A stretch of 64,000 nucleotides of DNA from NCBI GenBank assembly GCA_944372505.1, contig CALVZK010000001.1, positions 213,687 to 277,686 on the forward strand. The letters are read 5' to 3'. How positions within the stretch are numbered: position 1 is the first letter of the stretch; each line of letters begins with the position of its first letter. The position numbers and the translations under genes are program-made. Shown in pieces: positions 39,916 through 48,948 of this stretch. The notes beneath the pieces were generated by a model. The model had not been told where the DNA came from, did not search any database, and saw nothing but the letters and a program-made list of their open reading frames with translations. The stretch comes from an uncultured Clostridia bacterium (GTDB taxonomy: Bacteria > Bacillota > Clostridia > Christensenellales > UBA1242).

Positions 39916-41607
39916 ATGAAAATTAATAATATAGATTTAGATTCTATTGTTCCTGAAAATGATTTGGAAAAAGAAATAATTAATGATTTAAAAAATGGTG
40001 TAAATAAAGAGGTTATTACTCGCTGTCCTCCTGAACCAAGTGGTTATTGGCATATTGCACATGTTAAAGCATGGACAATCGATTTTGAAACTGCTATAAA
40101 ATTTGGCGGAAAAACTTATTTACGTATGGACGATACAAATCCTCTAAAAGAAGAAGGAGAATTTGCCGATAGTTATCTTGAAGATCTTGCTTGGCTTGGT
40201 TACAAACCCGATAAATTAATTTACGCAAGTGAAGCTTACTTTGATGATATATATAAAATTGCAGAACAAATGATTTTAGATGGTAAAGCATATGTTTGCG
40301 AACTTACTGCAGACGAAGTTTCTAAAACTAGAGGCACTTTAACTGAACCAGGAATTGAAAGTCCATATAGAAATCGTTCTATAGAGGAAAATTTGAAACT
40401 TTTCAGAGATATGCGTGATGGAAAATTTGAAGATGGTAAAGCCACTTTGAGAGCTAAAATAGACATGGCTCACCCAAATATGAATATGCGTGATCCTGTT
40501 ATGTATAGAGTTCTTCGAGCTAGCCACTATAGACTCGGCAATAAATGGTGTATCTATCCTATGTACGACTTTGCACACCCATTAGAAGATGCTTTAGAAG
40601 GTGTAACTTATAGTCTTTGCTCTATGGAATTTCATGAACACAGACCATTATATGAATGGTTTATTGAAAATGGTTGGAAAAAACCCTACCCTCCAAAACA
40701 AAGAGAATTTTCAAGATTAACTATTGAAAATGTTTTAATTGGAAAACGATATTTAAAACAATTTGTTAATGATGGTATTGTAAAAGGTTGGGATGACCCT
40801 CGCTTCCCTACTCTTGTTGGAGTCAGAAGAAGAGGTTATACGGCTAAAGCTTTAAAAGATTTCGTTAAATCAGTGGGCTGGGGCAATGTCCTTGAAGTTA
40901 CCGTCCCTTACAGCGCTCTTGAATATTATGTTAGAGCCGATCTAAATAATATCGCCACCCGTGCAATGGTTGTTTTTGACCCTCTAAAAGTTTTAATCAC
41001 AAATTATGAAGGCAATGAAGAAGAATTTGAAATAGAGAATAATCCAAATGATGAAAATGCTGGCAAACATACTTCTAAATTTGGTAAAATTATTTATATT
41101 GAGAAAGAAGACTTTTCTTTAAATCCTCCGCCAAAATATAATCGTCTTGTAGAAGGTGGTGTCGTAAGATTAAAGGGTGCTTATATTATAAAATGTAATA
41201 AGGTTATTTTAAATTCAAATGGAGAAATTGATCACCTTGAATGTGAATATTTACCAAACTCTAAAAGTGGTAATGATACTAGTGGAATTAAATGTAAAGG
41301 AACAATACATTTTGTCAGTGATGATAATTTCTTTAAAATTACAGTTCGAGAATTCAAAAATCTTATAAAAAGAGAGATTAGCAATCCTGCCAAAGCACTT
41401 GCTGATGGAGCAAAAGTAGAAGATATCCTTGAACCTAACTCCTTAATTGAAAAAACTGTTTTTGCTGAAAAATTCTTGAAAAATGCAAAAGTAGAAGACA
41501 AATTTCAATTTATTAGAAAAGGTTATTATTGCATGGACAAAGATAGCACTAGTGAAAATTATATATTTAATAGTACAATTTCACTTAAAGATAGTTTTAA
41601 TAAATAA
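39916..41607 (+). CDS. glnS: glutaminyl-tRNA synthetase
   Basis: Class I HIGH region CPPEPSGYWHIAHVKA, then LRMDDTNP. The ~560 aa size and anticodon-binding beta-barrel region fit GlnRS rather than GluRS. Confidence 0.85.
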   Translation: MKINNIDLDSIVPENDLEKEIINDLKNGVNKEVITRCPPEPSGYWHIAHVKAWTIDFETAIKFGGKTYLRMDDTNPLKEEGEFADSYLEDLAWLGYKPDKLIYASEAYFDDIYKIAEQMILDGKAYVCELTADEVSKTRGTLTEPGIESPYRNRSIEENLKLFRDMRDGKFEDGKATLRAKIDMAHPNMNMRDPVMYRVLRASHYRLGNKWCIYPMYDFAHPLEDALEGVTYSLCSMEFHEHRPLYEWFIENGWKKPYPPKQREFSRLTIENVLIGKRYLKQFVNDGIVKGWDDPRFPTLVGVRRRGYTAKALKDFVKSVGWGNVLEVTVPYSALEYYVRADLNNIATRAMVVFDPLKVLITNYEGNEEEFEIENNPNDENAGKHTSKFGKIIYIEKEDFSLNPPPKYNRLVEGGVVRLKGAYIIKCNKVILNSNGEIDHLECEYLPNSKSGNDTSGIKCKGTIHFVSDDNFFKITVREFKNLIKREISNPAKALADGAKVEDILEPNSLIEKTVFAEKFLKNAKVEDKFQFIRKGYYCMDKDSTSENYIFNSTISLKDSFNK

Positions 41608-41608
41608 A

Positions 41609-41632
41609 ATTCCTCTTTTGAGGATTTTTTTT
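41609..41632 (+). terminator. rho-independent terminator
   Basis: TCCTC-tttt-GAGGA followed by T8. Confidence 0.75.
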
Positions 41633-41663
41633 ATTAAAAAATTTACATTATTTTAAAAAACTA

Positions 41664-41691
41664 TTGACAACTTCAAAAATATATTTATACT
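41664..41691 (+). promoter_or_regulatory. sigma-A type promoter TTGACA-16 nt-TATACT
   Basis: Consensus -35 and near-consensus -10, about 40 nt upstream of the small ORF at 41733. Confidence 0.65.
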
Positions 41692-41732
41692 AACTAAAAA
41701 GAAGCAAATTTATTAAAAGGAGGTAATTCAAA

Positions 41733-41819
41733 ATGGTTAAAAATGTTTCTTTTAAAAAATCTTCATTTTTTTATGTTTTAACATGCGAATTGGCTCCTAA
41801 ATTTTTTAAAAATATTTAG
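41733..41819 (+). CDS. 28-aa leader or secreted peptide upstream of the ABC exporter (MVKNVSFKKSSFFYVLTCELAPKFFKNI)
   Basis: Strong AAAGGAGGT SD 7 nt before the ATG. Lies between the promoter and the ABC gene. Not in the ORF track because it is short. Confidence 0.5.
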   Translation: MVKNVSFKKSSFFYVLTCELAPKFFKNI

Positions 41820-41857
41820 ATAACAAGCCTTTTCGCAAATACATCGGAGGGCTTTAT

Positions 41858-43654
41858 ATGAAAAATTATAATATTAATAATTTTAAACTTTCAACCTATT
41901 TTAAAAAATATAAATTAGGAATATTTTTATATATCATTACAAGTATTCTCGCCAGCGCTTGTAACATTTTTTTTACTTTATATTTTGCAAAGACAATAGA
42001 ATTAATTACTTTAGGAAAATACCAAGATGCCATTTTTGCTCTTATACTTATCTTAATTTGCATTATTATTCGTAGATTCTCCTGGTATTCCTCTTCTTTA
42101 ATTTATCAAAAATATGCAAATAAAATTATGGCAGACCTTAATCTAGATCTTGCTAAACAAGCATTTAAATTAAATTCTAAAACATACAACGATCATGACA
42201 CTGGTACTTTCGTTCAAAGAATTGTTAATGACCCCGAAAGAGTTGTTACTAATTTGGCAGAAATCGTAGATATTATTTTTGAGATGACTACTGCATTAAT
42301 TATGCTTGTTTATATAACCACTCTAAATTATTTAATTGGAATTATTATTGTTGCAACTATTTTAATCGGATTTTTAATTGAAATTCAAAGAGTTAAAAAA
42401 AGAAGAAAAAATAAATGGGTTACTCGCCGAAAAAATGATGTAATCCATTCATTAACTACTGAAATTGTGAGAAGTGAAAAAGATATTAAATCTTTAGGTC
42501 TGGAAGAAAAGTTAAGTGAAGTTTCTAAAAAAGCTTATAATGATTATAAAAAATCGAGTTATCACACTGAAGTTGTTGATATCAACTTTTACTCAATAAA
42601 AAATCTTATAATAGATGTCGTCAATGTTCTAATTCTAATTCTTGGTGTTTATATGATCGATAAAGCTCTTATCACTCTTGCTGCCTTTATGATTATTTAT
42701 TCTAATAGACGAAATATTTATGACTTTGTTTGGTATTTTGGAAGACTTGCTAATATTTGGGCAGATATTAAGGTTAGCAGTCAAAGAATGTTTGCCATAT
42801 TTGATAATAACGAATTCGTTTGTGAAAATTTTGGTAACAAATATATCGATACCATTAATGGAAAAATAGAATTCCAAAAAGTAAGTTATACTTTCCGCGA
42901 ATATGAATATAAAGAAAACAAAAATTTTAAAAAAGAAAACAAACCTCAATATGAAAAAATTTTAATCTCTGAAAATCAAATTTTTGATAATCTTTCTTTT
43001 AAAATAGAACCTAACACAACTGTAGCATTTGTAGGAAGAAGTGGTAGTGGCAAATCGACCATTCTTAATTTAATGAGCAAAATGTACGAGGTCGAAAGAG
43101 GTCAGGTATTAATTGATAATATAAATATTAACGATTTTAATAAACAGTCTCTTCGTAATGCCATTTCTTTAGTTAATCAATTCCCTTACATATTTGATAT
43201 GTCAATAAAAGATAACTTACTTTTAGCCAAAAAAGATGCAACTGATGAGGAGATTTATGACGCTATTAATAAAGCTTCTCTTAAAGATTTTATTGATACT
43301 TTGCCAAAAGGTATATATACTAGAGTGGGCGAGAGTGGAATTAAATTGTCTGGCGGACAAAAACAAAGACTTGCTATTGCAAGAGCTTTATTAAGAAATT
43401 CCCCTATTATAATTTTTGATGAAAGTACAAGTTCTCTTGACAATTTTGCTCAAGAAGAAATTAAACATAGCATTGACGCTTTAAAAGGCAAAAGCACTAT
43501 TGTTATTGTTGCTCATAGATTGTCTACTATTAAAAATGTTGATAAAATTTTCTTTTTAGAAAATGGCAAAATTGAAGATATTGGAACTTTTGATGAATTA
43601 TTTGAAAATAATATAAAATTTAAAAATATGTTCTATGCTGAAAACATTAAATAA
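41858..43654 (+). CDS. ABC exporter, fused permease/ATPase (MsbA/type I exporter-like half transporter)
   Basis: Six-TM N-terminal domain. Walker A GRSGSGKST, signature LSGGQKQR, Walker B IIIFDEST. Confidence 0.9.
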   Translation: MKNYNINNFKLSTYFKKYKLGIFLYIITSILASACNIFFTLYFAKTIELITLGKYQDAIFALILILICIIIRRFSWYSSSLIYQKYANKIMADLNLDLAKQAFKLNSKTYNDHDTGTFVQRIVNDPERVVTNLAEIVDIIFEMTTALIMLVYITTLNYLIGIIIVATILIGFLIEIQRVKKRRKNKWVTRRKNDVIHSLTTEIVRSEKDIKSLGLEEKLSEVSKKAYNDYKKSSYHTEVVDINFYSIKNLIIDVVNVLILILGVYMIDKALITLAAFMIIYSNRRNIYDFVWYFGRLANIWADIKVSSQRMFAIFDNNEFVCENFGNKYIDTINGKIEFQKVSYTFREYEYKENKNFKKENKPQYEKILISENQIFDNLSFKIEPNTTVAFVGRSGSGKSTILNLMSKMYEVERGQVLIDNININDFNKQSLRNAISLVNQFPYIFDMSIKDNLLLAKKDATDEEIYDAINKASLKDFIDTLPKGIYTRVGESGIKLSGGQKQRLAIARALLRNSPIIIFDESTSSLDNFAQEEIKHSIDALKGKSTIVIVAHRLSTIKNVDKIFFLENGKIEDIGTFDELFENNIKFKNMFYAENIK

Positions 43655-43662
43655 ACAAAAAA

Positions 43663-43687
43663 AACGACCTTTTGAGGTCGTTTTTTG
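43663..43687. terminator. bidirectional rho-independent terminator
   Basis: CGACCT-tttg-AGGTCG flanked by A8 and T6. Confidence 0.8.
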
Positions 43688-43702
43688 TCGAAACAATTAA
43701 AA

Positions 43703-44338
43703 TTATTTACTTTCTTCCTTGTCGTTTTCTTTTATGTCAATAATCTTTGGATAATTTGTGTTGTCAATTTCGTAATATTCATCACTTATTAATTTTAAAT
43801 CGTTTTTTAATTTGTTACTTCTATAATACCTTTCAATAATTTTATTTTGAGGAACATTATGTCCACCTTCATTTACTCTTTTTTTAACTCTTTCTATATT
43901 AATATTAGGATCATTCGGAGTAATAAATATTGAGAAAATTTTAAATCCTTTTTCTTTAAATTCATTTATAATTTCTAATTTGCTTGGATGAGATAAAACT
44001 GTTTCATAAATTATTGAATAGTTTTCATTCATATAAGATTTAACTTTTTCTATTGTAAAGTACATTGCCCTATAATTTCGTTCTTTTTCATCTTTTATGT
44101 CGTTAAAAATTGTTTTGGCATAAATGTCAGCATTAATATATTTTGCATCAATGCATTCTTGTTTATAACAATTTGCAATAAATGTGCTTTTGCCACTACC
44201 ATTAGGTCCAGCAACTATATATAAAATTTTGTTAAAATCCTTATTCTCTGATTTCTCAAAATCGTTGATTAAAATTTTCAAAGTTTCATCGCTTTTAATA
44301 ATTTCAAAATTTTCAATTACTTTTTCAATATTTAACAT
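43703..44338 (-). CDS. zeta-toxin-like / COG4185 P-loop kinase family protein
   Basis: Walker A VAGPNGSGKSTF, ~210 aa. Overall layout (ETVLSHPSK, RVKKRVNEGGHNVP) resembles zeta/AAA_33 kinases. Confidence 0.6.
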   Translation of the reverse strand: MLNIEKVIENFEIIKSDETLKILINDFEKSENKDFNKILYIVAGPNGSGKSTFIANCYKQECIDAKYINADIYAKTIFNDIKDEKERNYRAMYFTIEKVKSYMNENYSIIYETVLSHPSKLEIINEFKEKGFKIFSIFITPNDPNINIERVKKRVNEGGHNVPQNKIIERYYRSNKLKNDLKLISDEYYEIDNTNYPKIIDIKENDKEESK

Positions 44339-44442
44339 AACTTCATCCTTTTCATTATTTTAATTTTTTATAATAAATATTTCAATCTTTTTCTTTTATT
44401 TATTTTAAACTAATATAAAAAAGAAGTGCTTCTACACTTCTT

Positions 44443-46239
44443 TTATAATGGTTGCCCTATTTGATTGTCGGTAGTAAAAATACTACCGCAATCTAAATTA
44501 GGCTGTTTTCCCATAACATTTATTTCAATATTTGCTCTGAATTTGGCATTTGGCTTTTGACAAAGTTTTCTATACTCATATAGATTAGTTGCTGACTCTG
44601 TTGTTTCAAGTTCCCAATCTCCAAAAGTTAATTCTCCACTAAACAAATGAGTTTTTAGTATGTCAAGGTCAAGAGTGGCACAGCAAATAGTTGGAATAAG
44701 ATTGATATATATTTCCGCCTTATCTTTGTAAATTAAAATTTGATTTACAAAGTTATTGATAAGTCTTCTCTTGGCGAAAAAATCATTTCCATCCAAAGTT
44801 TCTCGTGCTTTTCTATATACCTTTTCAACTTCACTTATCGTGGCAGGTATATAGTTATTTCCTTTCATTTCCTCTTGTAGTCTATGCTTTATTGTTTCTT
44901 TTTCGTTTTCAAGTTTTTTCAATCTTTCAAGCATTGAATCGGAAGAATTGCCACAGCCAATAACATCAAGTAAGTTTGAAATATTCTCATCAATTTGTTT
45001 AAGTTTTGATTGTAAAACATCAATCATTGCATTATCGAGTGATTGAGATTTTACATAGTTGTTGTATTCATTAAAAATTTGTGGTATAAATTTTTCATTA
45101 AATACAACTTTTTTAAGTTTTTCTATTACTGCTCTTTCCAAAGGTTCTTTTTGAACTGAATTATTATGGCAATATTCTTTTTGAGTTTGTCCATTCTTAT
45201 AACTGCTTTGATTTACGCACTTGTAATAGGTATACATCTTTCCGTGTCTTTTACAGCGCATACCGTTATATTGTGCTCCACATTCTCCGCACTTTATCTT
45301 GCCTGTGAGCAAATATTCTTCTTCACTATTGCAAGGTTGACGATGTTTCCTACTTTCTAAAAGTTTTTGAACTTTTTGAAATATTTCCTTTGAGATAATA
45401 GCAGGAAATTCGTTTTTTACCCTTATTGTGTCATAGACTGGTTTATCTCGTGTGCCTTTGTTATAATGGAAATCATATTCACCAGTGTATCGTTCGTTTC
45501 TTAAAATGTTGTCAATTGCAGTGCCAGTAAATTGTTTCCCTAGGCTCTTTTTGGTAACTTTCCTAAAACCTTTCTTTGTTAGTTCTTCAATAATCTCTGC
45601 TCGTGTGTGTCCGTCAATAGTCATTTGATACATCATTTTGACGGCTTCCGCTTGCTCTGGTTGTATTTCAACTGTATGTACTTTGTGTCCGTTTTTTGTA
45701 TGCAGTATGTTTCCTGATTCGTCTTTTTCTTCTTTAAGGTAATAGCCATAAGGTGCCATACCCCCATTTCGTTTGCCTTTTTCTGCATTTACAATCATTC
45801 CTTTTGTTGCTTCAAAAGATAAATTGTCAAGGAATTGTTCTGCCATCGCCGCATAAATCATCTTGACAAATTTATTATTCATTTCGGGTTGTGCAACATA
45901 TACGATTTCTACACCCATAGATGTAAAATCTTTTTCGTATTGTAAGAACTGCAAAATGTTTCTAGAAAATCTATCCATTTTATGAACTAAGACTTTCCCA
46001 ACATTGCTCTCTTTTAATTCTCGTATCATTCTTTGAAATTCTGCTCGGTTGTCATCTTTTGCACTTTGTGCCTTATCTTCGTAGAATTCAAGTATTGTTA
46101 TTTCATTTTGGTCTGCATAAAACTTAATTGCTCGTTCTTGTGCGTCAATACTTTCTTCTCTTTGTCTATCACTGCTAAATCTGGTGTATGCAACCGCATA
46201 ATTTGGATTGCGTTCAATTTTGTTTTTATTTGTTTTCAT
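44443..46239 (-). CDS. large serine recombinase
   Basis: N-terminal resolvase domain AVAYTRFSSDRQ (catalytic Ser). Recombinase domain plus Cys-rich zinc ribbon (CGECGAQY...YYKC) and a coiled-coil C-terminus. Confidence 0.9.
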   Translation of the reverse strand: MKTNKNKIERNPNYAVAYTRFSSDRQREESIDAQERAIKFYADQNEITILEFYEDKAQSAKDDNRAEFQRMIRELKESNVGKVLVHKMDRFSRNILQFLQYEKDFTSMGVEIVYVAQPEMNNKFVKMIYAAMAEQFLDNLSFEATKGMIVNAEKGKRNGGMAPYGYYLKEEKDESGNILHTKNGHKVHTVEIQPEQAEAVKMMYQMTIDGHTRAEIIEELTKKGFRKVTKKSLGKQFTGTAIDNILRNERYTGEYDFHYNKGTRDKPVYDTIRVKNEFPAIISKEIFQKVQKLLESRKHRQPCNSEEEYLLTGKIKCGECGAQYNGMRCKRHGKMYTYYKCVNQSSYKNGQTQKEYCHNNSVQKEPLERAVIEKLKKVVFNEKFIPQIFNEYNNYVKSQSLDNAMIDVLQSKLKQIDENISNLLDVIGCGNSSDSMLERLKKLENEKETIKHRLQEEMKGNNYIPATISEVEKVYRKARETLDGNDFFAKRRLINNFVNQILIYKDKAEIYINLIPTICCATLDLDILKTHLFSGELTFGDWELETTESATNLYEYRKLCQKPNAKFRANIEINVMGKQPNLDCGSIFTTDNQIGQPL

Positions 46240-46366
46240 TTTTCATTTCTCCTTTTAATCTTTTCAATTCTTCTTGTAGAAAGCGGTAAAAAACTCTACC
46301 GATTTCAATGTTCTTTTGTTGGTTCTCAATAATTACTGGAATAATTTCAAGATTACATTTACTCAT
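46226..46366 (-). CDS. 46-aa protein translationally coupled to the recombinase (possible Xis/RDF-like or regulator)
   Basis: AAAGGAGGT SD then ATG 46366. Its stop overlaps the recombinase start region. Translation MSKCNLEIIPVIIENQQKNIEIGRVFYRFLQEELKRLKGEMKNENK. Confidence 0.5.
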   Translation of the reverse strand: MSKCNLEIIPVIIENQQKNIEIGRVFYRFLQEELKRLKGEMKNENK

Positions 46367-46403
46367 TTTTACCTCCTTTTAAGTTTTGCGGAGAAACAAA
46401 AAA

Positions 46404-46444
46404 GGACACCGCAAAACTGATTTTTGTCAGTTTAAACGGTGCCC
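46404..46444 (-). terminator. terminator-like hairpin with alternative pairing in the 5' leader of the recombinase operon
   Basis: On the minus strand: GGGCACCG..AAACTGA-caaaaa-TCAGTTT..CGGTGTCC then T6. TTTTGCGG/CCGCAAAA (46384-46416) offers a competing structure. It sits immediately upstream of the SD. Confidence 0.45.
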
Positions 46445-46726
46445 TCACAATAAACTGTGTCATAAGGCGGTTGCAGACAATCATTATAAACGAAAGTCTG
46501 TACCAAATGTGTTTCCACAATCGTTCTGCTAGAAGCATATCATTTTCTTTATCATTTGTCAATACTTTTTCTAAAAAAATTTTGAAATATCTTTTGTTTC
46601 CCACAATAAAGTATAGAATAGGCATTGAGCAATGTAAAGAGTTTTGACCTAAACTTTTCAAAATATGTGTGGTTTCCCGCACACTATAATATATTAAATA
46701 GTGGGGTTGTGGTCTTAAAATTATGC

Positions 46727-46945
46727 CTATTTTTCTTCGTTTGTAGGATTGTTTTCTTTCTTTGCTTTTTTGCTTTTCTTAAAGTGCATAACTAACATTA
46801 CGATTGACAAAACAAGTGATAGTATAACGAAAATTTCAAATACTATCATTCCCGCTTCTGTGATAGTTTTAAAATTAGCAAGTAAAATGCCAACAATAAC
46901 TAGTAAAATTGTTTGAGCAAGATTAAGCCATTTTATCCATTTCAT
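46727..46945 (-). CDS. small two-TM membrane protein
   Basis: AAAGGAGAAAAAA SD then ATG 46945. Two hydrophobic helices and a Lys-rich tail. Confidence 0.55.
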   Translation of the reverse strand: MKWIKWLNLAQTILLVIVGILLANFKTITEAGMIVFEIFVILSLVLSIVMLVMHFKKSKKAKKENNPTNEEK

Positions 46946-47139
46946 AATTTTTTCTCCTTTTAATAAATTTTGATTATTATAAAAAAGCATTTTTGTGTTG
47001 TAAAGCCTTACGAACTAAATTTTTTTTGTTTTTTCAAATCTTTGCTTGGCAGTGTCTTTTTCTTTTTATGGTATGTTTTATTGAGTTGATACAAATTGAA
47101 TGGACAACGATAAAGCAACGAGGGCAAGCGATAAATTGC

Positions 47140-47796
47140 TTAATATTTGTTTCCGTTTAACCTTTCCCAACGGTCATAAAGGTTGTTGTCTTGGCTATCA
47201 AATTTGAAAACTCCAAAACCGCTTCCAAGTTGTCTTGCTTGTTCTTCGCTGTGCCCAATTCTTTGTAATAGCAAAATTCCAAGAGGTGTTAAAAAGTATT
47301 CTTTGTTCTCAAACATTACTGTTCTTTCTCCGCATACTGTTGCTTTGTATTTTGGGTCAAGCGTGAATTCTATACTATCTCCATTTTTTATGCCCATACT
47401 ATAAAAAGTTTTTCGTGGAGCTTTCTTTCCGTGTTGTTTTTCCGTTGTTATTTCAGTAGCTATTTTTTCATTGTAAATAATTTCAGCATCATCAATAAGA
47501 CTTGCAATATCTTTCATAATTGAAACCGCATCTTCTGGCTCAATATTAAAAAATTCTCTTTTGGGGTTGATGCGTTTGTCTGGTGCAAGTTTACCAATAA
47601 GTCTATGTATCATATGTTCTGCTTGTTTATATTTGGCAGTTTTTAGTACTGCATACATTTCAAAGGGCAAGGGAATTCCTGTTGCTTGTGAAAGTTCCCA
47701 AATTCTTCTATCTAAATTGTCTGTTTGCCCAATCTTTACCCAATTTTCTTTGAAACAAGGGTTAGTTAAAATATAAACAAAACCTTTCTTATCCAT
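47140..47796 (-). CDS. GIY-YIG / T5orf172 domain protein with C-terminal DUF4357-like region
   Basis: KGFVYILTNPCFKENWVKIGQTDNLDRRIWELS is the T5orf172-type GIY-YIG motif. Start set at ATG 47796. Confidence 0.7.
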   Translation of the reverse strand: MDKKGFVYILTNPCFKENWVKIGQTDNLDRRIWELSQATGIPLPFEMYAVLKTAKYKQAEHMIHRLIGKLAPDKRINPKREFFNIEPEDAVSIMKDIASLIDDAEIIYNEKIATEITTEKQHGKKAPRKTFYSMGIKNGDSIEFTLDPKYKATVCGERTVMFENKEYFLTPLGILLLQRIGHSEEQARQLGSGFGVFKFDSQDNNLYDRWERLNGNKY

Positions 47797-48098
47797 AAAA
47801 TAAAAGTGCCTCCCAAACGGAAGGCACAGTCTATCCAAGAACAAACCTTCCAATTGTTGCGACACAATTGAACCCAAAGGGTGTGGAAGAATTTGTATGA
47901 ATAGCAAAAAAATCTTTCACTCTTTGGGTATAAATTATTCAATTGTGTCGCAACTTTATGATAGCACAAAATTACAAAATTTACAAGCATTTCGTAAAAC
48001 TTATAAAATCTATATAACATCAATAGTTGCATAGACTTATTGATACTAGGTTAAAATGCTATTTTCTGTATGTAGTTTGTGATTAAAAACTGATAAAA

Positions 48099-48142
48099 CT
48101 ATATGCCCACAACATATAGACGCCATATAGATAACATATAGA
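48099..48142. repeat. iteron-like array: CATATAGA x3 with exact 11-bp phasing plus one inverted copy
   Basis: CATATAGA at 48113, 48124 and 48135. CTATATG (reverse complement core) at 48099-48105. Confidence 0.8.
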
Positions 48143-48285
48143 AAAAGCCACCCAAAACCTGCGGGGTGGCTGACTTTTACTTTTCTTTAACTAATTACTT
48201 TTACAACTTTTCAACTTCTTTTCTTCGGCTTTCGTCAAGCAATCGTACCCTTTAGTATTAAAGTATACGGGATTCATTTCGGCAA

Positions 48286-48948
48286 CTATATGATTTCTTC
48301 TAAATTTTCTAAATTTTTTTGAAAACTTTTTATTTCTTTTGGTGCAACTTTGATAGCACCACATTTTCTTTGATGTTTATATTCCCTAAATGCTTGTTCT
48401 TCTTGATATTGCGTTTCAAAATCTTTGCGATTTGTGTAGTCTAAGAAATCTTCGTAAAGTTGTAAATCTTTGTCTTGTTCTTCGCCTTTGATTTTTTCTG
48501 CTTGGTGTAAAAGATATTCAAGACCATTTTTATTGATTGAGTAAAATCTCTTTCTTCTATCTTTATTTCCGTAATAACAAGAGTTTTCATAATCAATCAA
48601 ATTCATTTCTTTAAGAATTTTTATGCTTGTATCAAGTGCGTCTCTGCCTATACAATGTTTTTGCCAAATGTTTGAAGAAACCGCAAAACCATTTTCATTG
48701 TGATAGACTTTTCCATTGATAAAGTTATATTGACAAAGAATGGTAAATACCTTTGACATATTCCTTGCCGTTTGCTTATTCTTATCGTTTGCTTTCTTAC
48801 TTTGCAAATGTCTAAAAAAGAGTTCTCCAAAAATGATTGGCTCTCGAATAACTCCACCTACCTTTGCCATTTGAAAGAATAGTGCATTGATGTTTTCGTA
48901 TTCTTTATGTTTTTCTTGTTGCTTCCAAATATATTGTTTTTTATTCAT
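48286..48948 (-). CDS. hypothetical protein of the element (possible winged-helix/Rep-like DNA-binding protein)
   Basis: ORF with start at ATG 48948. Central region DALDTSIKILKEMNLIDYE..RRKRFYSINKNGLEYL looks like a wHTH. A terminator hairpin GCCACCC/GGGTGGC lies downstream. Confidence 0.5.
   Translation of the reverse strand: MNKKQYIWKQQEKHKEYENINALFFQMAKVGGVIREPIIFGELFFRHLQSKKANDKNKQTARNMSKVFTILCQYNFINGKVYHNENGFAVSSNIWQKHCIGRDALDTSIKILKEMNLIDYENSCYYGNKDRRKRFYSINKNGLEYLLHQAEKIKGEEQDKDLQLYEDFLDYTNRKDFETQYQEEQAFREYKHQRKCGAIKVAPKEIKSFQKNLENLEEII

Noticed and set aside
44443-44460. A possible att direct repeat: TGGTTGC occurs at the recombinase-gene end and also at the tRNA-fMet 3' end (49157-49163).
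   Set aside because: The match is only 7 bp and lies inside the recombinase coding sequence. Serine recombinases do not generate long direct repeats, so this is probably chance.
46359-46682. 107-aa GTG-initiated minus-strand ORF upstream of the recombinase operon.
   Set aside because: It has no SD and an odd composition. It runs through the leader hairpins and the SD of the 46-aa ORF. I treat it as a regulatory leader, not a gene.
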